A DNA stretch of 64,000 bases from a virus: the IMG/VR virus record IMGVR_UViG_3300033004_000001, positions 28,613 to 92,612 of that record. One strand, given 5' to 3'. A program made the position numbers and the translations under genes. Positions 1 through 10,061 of the stretch are shown piece by piece (the stretch's first letter is position 1; every line of letters begins with the position of its first letter). Below the pieces are notes generated by a model that had not been told where the DNA came from, made no database searches, and saw only the letters and a program-made list of their open reading frames with translations.

Positions 1-2
1 CA

Positions 3-161
3 GAATTTGGATTAGATAGTAAGTATCCTATTCCTATTAATATGCTTCCAACACTAAAAGAAATGATATTGAAGAAAGAGTTAGGAATAATGGTTAATGC
101 TCCTTCTGATAGTAAAAATGATGCTTCTAGTACTACTACACCAAATGAGAGGAAAGAATAA
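3..161 (+). CDS. 3' end of crAss-like structural (ring/connector) protein, truncated by window
   Basis: Open frame 3 reads EFGLDSKYPIPINMLPTLKEMILKKELGIMVNAPSDSKNDAS...KE*; YPIP..M...IL.KEL.....P.D..ND resembles C-termini of crAss ring proteins; sits upstream of the IHF-Ttub-Tstab block. Confidence 0.6.
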   Translation, partial: EFGLDSKYPIPINMLPTLKEMILKKELGIMVNAPSDSKNDASSTTTPNERKE

Positions 162-633
162 AGTTACAGGATGTTATACTCTTAGACAGATATATAATGA
201 GTATATACAGGATAAAATTCCTGGAGATCCGTATTATGTATCATTTAAAGAGTATTATAATATATGTGCAGATTATCATAAATGGATTATTAGTCAAATA
301 ATAGATAAATCAAAGATTATCACATTACCATATAGATTAGGTAAACTATATGTAGGTAAGAAGAAACCAGCTATACTTAAAGGATCTCAAAATATTCAAC
401 GTAAATATCCATTACATAGTACTAGTATAGATTGGAAAGAAAGTAAAAGACTTGGTAAGTGGATACATCATATAAATGATCATACTGGAGGATATAAGTA
501 TAGATTCATTTGGTCAAAAATAGATTGTAGAGTAGCTAATAGAGAATTTTATAGATTAGTGTTTACTAGAAGTAATAAAAGATATTTAGCTAAAGTAATT
601 AAAAGTGGAGAACATGATTACTTGGAGATTTAA
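145..633 (+). CDS. crAss-type IHF/HU-like DNA-binding protein
   Basis: LPYRLGKLYV, IDWKESKRLGK, H.NDHTGGYKYRF.W, R.NKR.LA motifs; conserved position before tail tubular gene; ATG at 145 preferred over track start 97 because it overlaps only the end of the upstream gene. Confidence 0.7.
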   Translation: MRGKNKVTGCYTLRQIYNEYIQDKIPGDPYYVSFKEYYNICADYHKWIISQIIDKSKIITLPYRLGKLYVGKKKPAILKGSQNIQRKYPLHSTSIDWKESKRLGKWIHHINDHTGGYKYRFIWSKIDCRVANREFYRLVFTRSNKRYLAKVIKSGEHDYLEI

Positions 634-647
634 AATAATAAAATAGT

Positions 648-1475
648 ATGATATATAATTTAGTTTCGGTTAAAAAAGTTATAGCAAAAGTATTTGCAGA
701 CCTTGACTTAGATGAACAACCTCATAGAATTAGTGATATGATAGAATGGGCTGGAGAAGCTTTTAAGAAAATAGGAGCATTTCCTGCACTGATAACTAGA
801 GTTACTGGAAAAGAGGATCTTCCTTTATTGCTTTTGAGTAATTATCAAGCTAAGCTTCCTGCTGATCTTAATACTATTAATCAAGTAGCTTATTCTGTTA
901 AACAATTAGGTCCATTTTATCCTATGAGATATGCTACTGGAAGTTATTCTTCTAATCATGTTGTTAAAGGAACAGCAGCAGTAACTACTCAGAATACTCC
1001 AGATAGTGAAAAAGATACTATGTTTTCTTTAGACTATTCATATATTATAGTTGGTGGATATATAAAGACTAATATTAAAGATGGATATTTACTTATATCA
1101 TATCAAGCTGTTCCTACAGATGCTGATAAATATCCATTAATTCCAGATGATGAATCATTCTTTGAAGCTATATATTGGTATATTAATATGAAATTAACTT
1201 ATCCAGAATGGAAGGCTGGACGTATTAGAGATGCTGTATATTATGATGCTAAATCATCTTGGAATTATTATCGTAAACAAGCATATGCTAATGCGATGAT
1301 GCCTAATCCAGATCAACTTGAATCTATTAAGAATACTTGGCTTAGACTTATTCCTGAAATTAATGCACATGATACATTCTATTCTACATTAGGAGAACAA
1401 GAAACTGTATATAATAATGATATGACTCCTACTGTTTTATTCCCATTTACTGAAACTAGTATTAATCCATCATAA
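648..1475 (+). CDS. tail tubular/ring protein (P22 gp4-like, crAss Ttub)
   Basis: S.KKVIAKVFADL, EWAGEA..KIG, YPLIPD..SF.EAIYWYI.MK, W.YYRKQAYA motifs; synteny. Confidence 0.75.
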   Translation: MIYNLVSVKKVIAKVFADLDLDEQPHRISDMIEWAGEAFKKIGAFPALITRVTGKEDLPLLLLSNYQAKLPADLNTINQVAYSVKQLGPFYPMRYATGSYSSNHVVKGTAAVTTQNTPDSEKDTMFSLDYSYIIVGGYIKTNIKDGYLLISYQAVPTDADKYPLIPDDESFFEAIYWYINMKLTYPEWKAGRIRDAVYYDAKSSWNYYRKQAYANAMMPNPDQLESIKNTWLRLIPEINAHDTFYSTLGEQETVYNNDMTPTVLFPFTETSINPS

Positions 1476-4400
1476 TGGCAAATAATAGATATCAAGCTAC
1501 AAATACTTTCTCTGGAGGTATGAATTCTGATGCTGATAAATCATTAGTAGGAAAGAACCAATATCTATATGCAGAGAATTTTAGATTATTTGGTGATTCT
1601 GCAAACTCTATAGGATCACTAGAAAATGTTATTGGAAATACTGAACTAACTACATTAAATTCTTATATTCCATCTGGATACTATATTTGTGGAAGTGGTA
1701 ATATTAGAGATGATTTATATTTATGTGTTACACAGAATACCTCTGCAGGACAAACTGGATATAGTAAAGTATTAAAAGTAGTATTTAATTCTACTGGAAC
1801 TGCTGTATCTTCTGTAACTACTGTATATAATGATCAATTTTCAATTGATGGTTCTAGACTAAAATGGAATAATCTTCCAGCTTATAGAGTTAAAATAGTA
1901 GGAAGATATGAATCAGCAACTATACAAAAATTATATTTTGTTGATGGATATAATCCAGTTAGAAGTATGAATGTAGTTAGTGTATCTTCTACTTCTCCAG
2001 TGAATAAATTTGATCTAATTCCTAATTTTAACATTAGTGCTCCAGCATTTTCATCATTTGGAACTGGAGTATTAACTTCTGGAAGGATTCAATATGCTTA
2101 TCAAATGTATGATTTAAATGGAGCAGAAACATTATTTTCTCCTACATCTAGTCTTATATCTATAAGTACTTTTTCTGGACAAACTGGAAGTAATAAAACA
2201 TTTAAAGGATCTGATGTAGATATAAATACAAATAAAGGAATTAGAATATCTATATTACCTCCATCTGGATTTAGTAGAATAAGAGTAGTATCAATTAAAT
2301 ATAGATCTCTTAATTCAGTTCCAGTTATAAGTATAATAGCAGATCAAAATATTAGTACTACTCCTTCAACTACATATTTTTATGATACTGGAGTATCAAA
2401 TCTTGGATCATATACATATGAAGAATTTGCAGTAGTTGGTAGAGGAGTATTTATTGGTAGTGAAATAGAAGAAAAGAATAACTATTTATTTGTTGGAAAT
2501 ACAGTAGATGAGAGTTGGGATGTAGATTTCGATGCTAGAGCATATAGATTTGTTAGTTCTACTGCTACCGGAACTCTAACTTCTGGACATGCTGCTATAT
2601 TTGATAGTGGAACTTGGGGAGCAAATAACTGGTATAATATATATAATAACTATAAAATAGGTGGAACTACAGAAGTTCCTGATACATATGACTGTCTTAA
2701 TCCTTATAATGATATTAGTCTAGATACTCAACAAAGAAGAGATAATTCTCCAGGATATGTACATTTATATAATTTTAAGTATAAAGTAGATGGTACTACT
2801 TTAGGAGGTTCTGGTAAGTATGTAAGTTATACATTTAGACAAGATCATGAGATTCCTATAAGTGATACTGGTACTAATTATGGAGAAGACTTCTGTTATA
2901 ATACTGATTATAGTAATGCTACTGTAGAAGTTACGTATACTGGATATCAAAGAGATGAAATATATAGATTTGGATTAATATTCTATGATGAAAAAGGACG
3001 TCAATCTACTGTTAAATGGATTGGTGATATAAGAATGCCATATTATGGGGATGCTTATTCCCCAGATGAAGAATATGAAATAGGTCCTTCTAACTGGGCT
3101 CCAAGTTTTGTATCTGGTACTACAATCTATGCTAGACCATTAGGAATAATATTTACTGTAGATACTACAACTGCTTATTCTCAAGGTGCCAGATATTTTA
3201 AAATAGTTAGAGCAGAAAGAAAAGTTGGAGATAGAAATATATTAGCTCAAGGATTAACTCCTACTACTATATTATATAATGATGGTAGTGGATTAAGTTA
3301 TAGAGGATTTGTTATACCATATACTGGAACTACTACAGTTGGAGGAATAACTAAACAACCTACAGTATTAGAATTTATATCTCCTGAGATTAATTTTAAT
3401 AAGAATCTAGAAGTTAATACTAGTAGTGATACTATAGAATATATAGGATATGGTACTAATCAATATCAATATGATAACTTTTCTAAATCTAGTGTGACTG
3501 TAGGAACGTTACCATCTGGTACTAATTATTCTCATACTATGAAGTATGGAGGTCTTACAACTGCAGTTTCTTCAGCGAGATACACTAAGATAACTCCTTT
3601 AACTTCTGGATTGATATTTGGAGTACCAACAAAAACTGTAAATTATACATATTTAGATGGAGTTAATTTAACTGGAGTAACTTATAAGGTACTAAATGGA
3701 GTAGAAACTACAATGACTGGTAGTGGAAGTAGTAGTCATTTTGCTATAGGAGGTACTAAACTAATACTTAAAACTACTAATTCTATATCTAATTTTTCAA
3801 CATCTAGTTATGCATCTTTCTATTGTAACTATAAAAGAAGTGTATTCAATAGTCAGTATGGAGGTAATACATATGCAGCTAGGCAATTTACTCCATATAT
3901 AGATTGTGGATTAGTACAAACATGCTATCATCCTGGAACTTTATATCCGTATACATATGTTTTCAATGTATATGGAGGAGATACTTATATAGATATGTTT
4001 GATTATTTGAGGAATATAGTAACTGGAGATGTTCCAACTACTAGAAGAACTCAAGTAATTATGTATTTTCCAGTAGAAACTTCTATTAATTTAAGATATA
4101 GGGAGGATGATTGTTTTAGTAAAACTGTAGATACTACTAATCATGATAAAGTATTATTACAAGAAATAGCTGGTTCGTATGTATCTATATTAGTTCCTGG
4201 AACTAATATAAGTTATACTCAATTAACTGATCTATATAAATATAATTCTGTATATTCTCAACCTAATAATACTCTATCGTATTTTCCAAAATCTAGTTTA
4301 ATTACAACTGGAGATGTAATACATGATAATAGAGTTATGGTATCAGATCTAAAGATTAATGGAGAAGCTGTTGATAGTTGGACTATATTTAAATTAGATA

Positions 4401-5446
4401 ACTTTCTAGATGTAGATTCAAGATATGGTAAGATAACTACTCTATTACATAAGGATAATTATCTTTATTTCTGGCAACCTAAAGCTTTTGGGGTACTATC
4501 AGTAGCTCAGAGATCATTAGTACAAGATAATAATCAAGGACAATTAGTTATAGGTACTGGAGGAATATTAGATAGATATGATTATATATCAACTAGTGAA
4601 GGATGTAGTACTAGATTTTCAGTTGTACAAGGATTAAGAGGACTATATTGGTTTGATAATAACAATAGTGGATTCTACAGATATGGAGGAAATGGAGTAC
4701 AATCATTATCTATAACAAAAGGAATTAATAATCTTACTAAAAAATCTATAACATTAGAAAGAGAGAGTATATCAGGATTTGATAAACTATATAATGAAGT
4801 ATTATTTAGTCTTCCTACTGCTGAAACTACCCTTGTATTTAATGAAATATTTGATTCATTTAATGCTGTATATACTTTTGATGCTAATTTGTTTATAAAA
4901 GCTAATGGAAGTATAAATATATTATCTACTAATAGAGATAGTAAAGATTATTTATATATGCATAATACTGGAGCTAGAACTAATTTCTACGGAAGTGATT
5001 ATCAACCATTGATTAGATTTATAGTTAATGATCATTATGATAAAACAAAGGTATTTGATGGATTACAATTCCAATCTGTTTCTATAGATTCATCTAATAT
5101 AAATCAAATTTATGATACATTTGGAGTAATAAGAGTTTATAATGATTGGCAAAACTCAGATACTCAAAACATTTATACGTCTGGTCCGTATAAGAATATT
5201 AATAGACCAGAGAGAGAATTCATTTTAAACATTCCTAGAAATATAGTTGATGTAGATCCTACAAGTAATCCTGATATCTTTTCTGTTATTAATTTAGATA
5301 GTTCAAAACTATTTAAAGAACGTATGAGAGATAAATATATTATTGTAGAATTATATTATACTACTTCTTCAGAAGATAATTATTCTTTTAGTGTTCCTTA
5401 TATAACTACTAATTATAGGATATCTAGAAGCCAACAACAAATATAA
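1475..5446 (+). CDS. tail stabilization/muzzle protein (P22 gp10-like, crAss Tstab)
   Basis: NTFSGGMNSD N-terminus, GYQRDEIYRFG..FYD.KG..S.VKWIGDIRMP, GGDTY, SD.KINGE..DSW..F, C-terminal RMRDKY; beta-rich, 1323 aa. Confidence 0.85.
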   Translation: MANNRYQATNTFSGGMNSDADKSLVGKNQYLYAENFRLFGDSANSIGSLENVIGNTELTTLNSYIPSGYYICGSGNIRDDLYLCVTQNTSAGQTGYSKVLKVVFNSTGTAVSSVTTVYNDQFSIDGSRLKWNNLPAYRVKIVGRYESATIQKLYFVDGYNPVRSMNVVSVSSTSPVNKFDLIPNFNISAPAFSSFGTGVLTSGRIQYAYQMYDLNGAETLFSPTSSLISISTFSGQTGSNKTFKGSDVDINTNKGIRISILPPSGFSRIRVVSIKYRSLNSVPVISIIADQNISTTPSTTYFYDTGVSNLGSYTYEEFAVVGRGVFIGSEIEEKNNYLFVGNTVDESWDVDFDARAYRFVSSTATGTLTSGHAAIFDSGTWGANNWYNIYNNYKIGGTTEVPDTYDCLNPYNDISLDTQQRRDNSPGYVHLYNFKYKVDGTTLGGSGKYVSYTFRQDHEIPISDTGTNYGEDFCYNTDYSNATVEVTYTGYQRDEIYRFGLIFYDEKGRQSTVKWIGDIRMPYYGDAYSPDEEYEIGPSNWAPSFVSGTTIYARPLGIIFTVDTTTAYSQGARYFKIVRAERKVGDRNILAQGLTPTTILYNDGSGLSYRGFVIPYTGTTTVGGITKQPTVLEFISPEINFNKNLEVNTSSDTIEYIGYGTNQYQYDNFSKSSVTVGTLPSGTNYSHTMKYGGLTTAVSSARYTKITPLTSGLIFGVPTKTVNYTYLDGVNLTGVTYKVLNGVETTMTGSGSSSHFAIGGTKLILKTTNSISNFSTSSYASFYCNYKRSVFNSQYGGNTYAARQFTPYIDCGLVQTCYHPGTLYPYTYVFNVYGGDTYIDMFDYLRNIVTGDVPTTRRTQVIMYFPVETSINLRYREDDCFSKTVDTTNHDKVLLQEIAGSYVSILVPGTNISYTQLTDLYKYNSVYSQPNNTLSYFPKSSLITTGDVIHDNRVMVSDLKINGEAVDSWTIFKLDNFLDVDSRYGKITTLLHKDNYLYFWQPKAFGVLSVAQRSLVQDNNQGQLVIGTGGILDRYDYISTSEGCSTRFSVVQGLRGLYWFDNNNSGFYRYGGNGVQSLSITKGINNLTKKSITLERESISGFDKLYNEVLFSLPTAETTLVFNEIFDSFNAVYTFDANLFIKANGSINILSTNRDSKDYLYMHNTGARTNFYGSDYQPLIRFIVNDHYDKTKVFDGLQFQSVSIDSSNINQIYDTFGVIRVYNDWQNSDTQNIYTSGPYKNINRPEREFILNIPRNIVDVDPTSNPDIFSVINLDSSKLFKERMRDKYIIVELYYTTSSEDNYSFSVPYITTNYRISRSQQQI

Positions 5447-8217
5447 TGAAAAAAAGAATAAGAGTAAAGAGATATCAAACTGGAGGTAATCTCAACTATT
5501 TAAATAGTGATCCTCAGTTTACTAATCAGATTCAACCTTTGATACAACAACAGCAACAGGCTGGACAGTATGGAACTCAACCTGGTCAATTTAATCAGTA
5601 TATGAATAAAGCTGGTAAATTTGGTGGAGCTTTAGGAACTGGATACTATGCTAGTCAGCAACCTAGTAATCTACCAAGTGCTCAGGGAGAACAAGGATAT
5701 AATACTGCTATGGCAGGAGTATCTCAAGCTGGACCTATTGGAGGGGTTATTGGAGGAGTTAGTGCTATAGGAGATGCTATAGGAAAACCTATTAGAGCTC
5801 ATGCAGAACGTACAGATGAAAATACTGGAGGTTATGCTAATATAGGACAAGCTAGACGTACAGCAGTTGTTGGAGCTATGTTTAATCCTTTTAAAGCTTT
5901 GATGGAACATCCTAACTATAAGAAGTTAGATCAGAAAATGAAGTATAATAAGCAAGTTGGTGATTGGAGTAATTCATTAAATACTAGAGGATCTCAACCT
6001 CAGTATAATTATAATCCTACATTTGCTGCAGGAGGAGATTATCCTGGAGTACCAATGAGGATGTATCAAGCTGGAGGAGAATTAGTTGCTCCTAGAGATG
6101 AGATGAGGACAGCAGGAAGTTATGGTAGAGTAGCTCGTTATATAAATAGTATTGGTAATATTAATGATCCTAGATTGTATCAGTCTCCAGATAGTATAGG
6201 ACAATATATGACAGTATTACTTAGACCTAAATTAGAAGATAGAGATAAAGATAAAGGATATGTAAATACTTTATCTCAAGCTTATGTTAATAATTGGAAT
6301 AAAAAGTTTGGTAAACAATTAGGATATTTTCATGATCCTAATAGACCATCAGTAGGAATAGGATTTGAAAAGGATTCTCCTGAATATAAGAAGTTATTAA
6401 TTCAGTATGAAAATGAAAATAAGAAACTAAAACCATCTGGGGTTAGAGCTATTGGAGATAGTGCTTCTGCAGGAATTGGAACTAGTCAATATCCATATGG
6501 AGGATACCATACTAATTATGGTGGTAATGCTGAATTAGAAGATGATGAAATCTTTCGTACACCTGATGGAGATATGGAAAAAGTAAATGGTAGATCTCAC
6601 GCTCAAGGTGGAGAGAACTATAATCTTCCACAAAATACTGAAATTCTTGGTAAGAACAAAGCTCCTAATGGAAAGTCTTATAAAGAGAATGGAGATAGAT
6701 TAATGAGGCAGTTCAATAAGTATACTAAGATATTAGAAGATAAACCTACAGCATTAGCTAAGAATACTGCTAACTTAATGTTAAAGAAAGTTCATGAAAA
6801 TTATACTGATTTAATGAATCAACAAGAGATGGAAAAATATTATATGACTCCAGAAGAGGAAATGGAATATGCTTGTGGAGGAATTGTACCTCAATTTAAA
6901 GGAGGTGGATGGATAAAGAAAGCTGCTGCTTCTATTAAACGTAGAGGTACTAAAGGTAAATGTACTCCTATTACTAAACCTGGATGTACCGGACGTGCCA
7001 AGGCACTAGCTAAGACATTTAAGAAAATAGCTAGAAATAGGAAAAAGCATGATGATGGTGGATTAATAAACGAAACTGGATATCTACAAGGCTATCCTTC
7101 AGATAATAATCCTATGAATATTATTCCATCTAACTATATTACTACTAATGGGATGTCTAGACCTATATCTGCAATGAGCGATACTGGAGACTATCAAAAC
7201 TTATATCCTAATACTGGTAATTATGCATTTGGTGGAAACTATGTTATGGAGAAACCATTGATGGCTCAAGGAGGATATACAGATTATGAATATAGACCTT
7301 TAGTATATCAAGATGGAGGTGATGTATATCTTAATAAACAACCTAAATATAGAGGATTTATATCTCAACAAGATGCTAATACTGCTAAGGATTTCTTTGG
7401 TAATGATGTTAATGATATAATGGAAACTAGACAGGGTACTCCAGGAATGTTACAACCTAGAGGAATTGGACCATCTGGAATGCCTAATCCTATACAAGGT
7501 ACTATTGGAAAGTATCAATTATCTGGAAGTCAACAGCCTCAATATGGACCAGGACAAGAACATACTAGATTTATAGATCAAGCTCCAGATAAATGGTATA
7601 ATCAAGCTATTGATACTGCTGGACAATATGCTCCTATTGCTTATAATATGTATCAAGGATTATTTGGTAAACCTGAACATATGAATCCTCAGGATTATTA
7701 TAATCCTTATGAGAATCAAGTTATGAGTTTAATGAGGAGTAGAAGATATAATGTTGAACCAGAATTAGAAGCTAATAGATTAGCTGCTGCTGATTATTAT
7801 CAGAATCTTAGACAAGGAGCTCCATCACAAGGACGTTATTTAGCTGGATTACAAGCTGGACAAACTGGTAGACAGAGAGCTGATGCTGAAGCTTATGCTA
7901 GAAAGCAGAATATAGATAATCAGTATATTGGAGAAGAAGCTTCTACATTAGGTGGATTTGGTTCACAAAGAGCAGGAATGAATTTTCAAGTTGCAGATAT
8001 TAATGCTGCTAATAGAGCTGCTCAAAGAAGGTATTTACCAACTGCATTATCTCAATTACAGCAACAAACTCAGATGAACAAGATAATGAGAGAGAAGAAG
8101 AGATTAGCAATGAATCAAGCTTTAACAGATGAGGAACGTCAGAGACTTTATATGGAAGCTTTCAAAGGATATAACTTTGCTAAACGAATTAATCCTATAA
8201 CTGGAGAGGAGATTTAA
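5446..8217 (+). CDS. virion cargo/ejection protein 1
   Basis: Gln/Gly-rich; ~10 repeated (F/Y)xxGG motifs; NAELEDDE...GRSHAQGG module; helical C-terminus; follows Tstab as in crAss-like phages. Confidence 0.65.
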   Translation: MKKRIRVKRYQTGGNLNYLNSDPQFTNQIQPLIQQQQQAGQYGTQPGQFNQYMNKAGKFGGALGTGYYASQQPSNLPSAQGEQGYNTAMAGVSQAGPIGGVIGGVSAIGDAIGKPIRAHAERTDENTGGYANIGQARRTAVVGAMFNPFKALMEHPNYKKLDQKMKYNKQVGDWSNSLNTRGSQPQYNYNPTFAAGGDYPGVPMRMYQAGGELVAPRDEMRTAGSYGRVARYINSIGNINDPRLYQSPDSIGQYMTVLLRPKLEDRDKDKGYVNTLSQAYVNNWNKKFGKQLGYFHDPNRPSVGIGFEKDSPEYKKLLIQYENENKKLKPSGVRAIGDSASAGIGTSQYPYGGYHTNYGGNAELEDDEIFRTPDGDMEKVNGRSHAQGGENYNLPQNTEILGKNKAPNGKSYKENGDRLMRQFNKYTKILEDKPTALAKNTANLMLKKVHENYTDLMNQQEMEKYYMTPEEEMEYACGGIVPQFKGGGWIKKAAASIKRRGTKGKCTPITKPGCTGRAKALAKTFKKIARNRKKHDDGGLINETGYLQGYPSDNNPMNIIPSNYITTNGMSRPISAMSDTGDYQNLYPNTGNYAFGGNYVMEKPLMAQGGYTDYEYRPLVYQDGGDVYLNKQPKYRGFISQQDANTAKDFFGNDVNDIMETRQGTPGMLQPRGIGPSGMPNPIQGTIGKYQLSGSQQPQYGPGQEHTRFIDQAPDKWYNQAIDTAGQYAPIAYNMYQGLFGKPEHMNPQDYYNPYENQVMSLMRSRRYNVEPELEANRLAAADYYQNLRQGAPSQGRYLAGLQAGQTGRQRADAEAYARKQNIDNQYIGEEASTLGGFGSQRAGMNFQVADINAANRAAQRRYLPTALSQLQQQTQMNKIMREKKRLAMNQALTDEERQRLYMEAFKGYNFAKRINPITGEEI

Positions 8218-8219
8218 TA

Positions 8220-10061
8220 ATGGCTATTTCAAGATATGACCAACCTGCTCAATCTAATGCTTTAGATACTTTTGTTAATACTTACGTTCCAATTCCTTTT
8301 GAAGAAATGATGAAAGTTGGGATGATGAAGAAACAACAAGAGGATCAAGGATTTGAGAATCTAGCTAAAACTTACGAAGATACTCATAATCTTAAATATA
8401 TATCTGGATCTGAGGATGAAAAATATATCAAACAACATGTATTACCAACTTCAGAAGATATATTTAATAGATATGCTAATCAAGATTTGAGTGATCCTGT
8501 TGTTCAACGTAAGATGAGAATGGAATTTAATTCTAAGATTGATAGAAATAGAATTAGAGATATTCAAAGTTCTTATGAAGGATGGCAAAACTATTTAAAA
8601 GATAATGCTAAATTAAAGATGGAGGGTAAGGCATCTCCATTTGAAGAAGATCCATCTAGAGGATGGGATAGTAGTAAGCATGGAGTATTTACTAAATCAC
8701 CTGAAGCTTATAATGATCCTATCAAAGAGATAAGAGAAAATCTATTTGCTCCAGTACATGATAGTACTTTAAAGAGTATTAATCTTGGAGAAGGTAATAT
8801 AGAAGTAATGAGTGGAGTTAATCAAAAAATGATTGATGATATTACTGTAAAGAATTTACCTAACTACTTACGTAATAATACTGGAAGGAATGCTATCAAA
8901 GAGTTTAGAGCTAGTACAGGATTAACTGAAGATCAAGCTAGTGATGCTAAGATATTAGCAATGGCATTTAGAGCTGCTGGAGAACCCTATCTAAGACAGA
9001 ATCAAAAGATTGAACATATGCAGAGACCTAGACCTGATAAGAATAAAGGTACTAAACCAATGTTTTCTAATGCATCTAATACTCAATCATTAAAGAATAC
9101 AGATAGAGTTACGATAGGTAAAGAATATATAGGAGTTAATCTTAATGAAGCTGATGATCCAGTTAAGATGATGAAATCTGGACATTATAATGAGAAAGGA
9201 AATCTTAAGATTAATGTTCCTAGTACTACTGGTGAAAGTATTAAAGATATTTGGGAGGATATAAAAAAGTCTATTAGTACTGGAAAAATGGATACAGGAA
9301 CAGAACAAGTAGGTTATGCTGATATATCAAAATTAGCACAAAATTATAATAATCAAAGAACTATAATTAATAGTATTAAAGAATCAAATCCAGAATTAGC
9401 AAATTCTTCAGATATCGAAGTAATGGGTGCTTATGCTAAAGCTTATAAAAATGCTGAGAATGTAGATTATAATGTATATTTATATCCTAATGATTCTAAG
9501 AATAATGTAGCAAAAGATATGACTGACTTAATAACTAAAGATTTAGGAGGTAGATTGTTATATAGTGCTCAAACTGGAAAACATGCAGGAGAACCAATTA
9601 ATACTATAGATGATATATTTAAGAAACTAAATGTACCAAAAGCAGATAGAAAAAGATCAAATATATCTGTTAGTGGAGCAGTACCTGCAAAGAATGCTTA
9701 TAAGGCTAGTATAGCAGCTAGTGATGGTCCACATGATTTCTTAGTATCTACTAATCAAAGAGAACAACACGCTTTCAAACTTGTAGAAGATGCTAATAGA
9801 TTAGCTAATAATGGAATTCTTGGAGATAAACCATTGGTTTATAAAGATGAAAATGGTAATATTACAGATAAATATACAATTAGAACTCATATAGATATGA
9901 ATGGTCCTAGGGGTCCAGAATTTGTTTCAGATATAGTTATGGGTAATAAAGCAATGTCGTTGAATGAATTAGAATATAGATCTGCACATTCATTAGAAGT
10001 ACCAGATAACTCACCAGATAATACACAACCTGAAAATATAACTTATTCAGATGCCGAATAA
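8220..10061 (+). CDS. virion cargo/ejection protein 2
   Basis: N-terminal RYD....F.NTYVPIPFEE motif typical of crAss cargo genes preceding vRNAP; synteny. Confidence 0.6.
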   Translation: MAISRYDQPAQSNALDTFVNTYVPIPFEEMMKVGMMKKQQEDQGFENLAKTYEDTHNLKYISGSEDEKYIKQHVLPTSEDIFNRYANQDLSDPVVQRKMRMEFNSKIDRNRIRDIQSSYEGWQNYLKDNAKLKMEGKASPFEEDPSRGWDSSKHGVFTKSPEAYNDPIKEIRENLFAPVHDSTLKSINLGEGNIEVMSGVNQKMIDDITVKNLPNYLRNNTGRNAIKEFRASTGLTEDQASDAKILAMAFRAAGEPYLRQNQKIEHMQRPRPDKNKGTKPMFSNASNTQSLKNTDRVTIGKEYIGVNLNEADDPVKMMKSGHYNEKGNLKINVPSTTGESIKDIWEDIKKSISTGKMDTGTEQVGYADISKLAQNYNNQRTIINSIKESNPELANSSDIEVMGAYAKAYKNAENVDYNVYLYPNDSKNNVAKDMTDLITKDLGGRLLYSAQTGKHAGEPINTIDDIFKKLNVPKADRKRSNISVSGAVPAKNAYKASIAASDGPHDFLVSTNQREQHAFKLVEDANRLANNGILGDKPLVYKDENGNITDKYTIRTHIDMNGPRGPEFVSDIVMGNKAMSLNELEYRSAHSLEVPDNSPDNTQPENITYSDAE

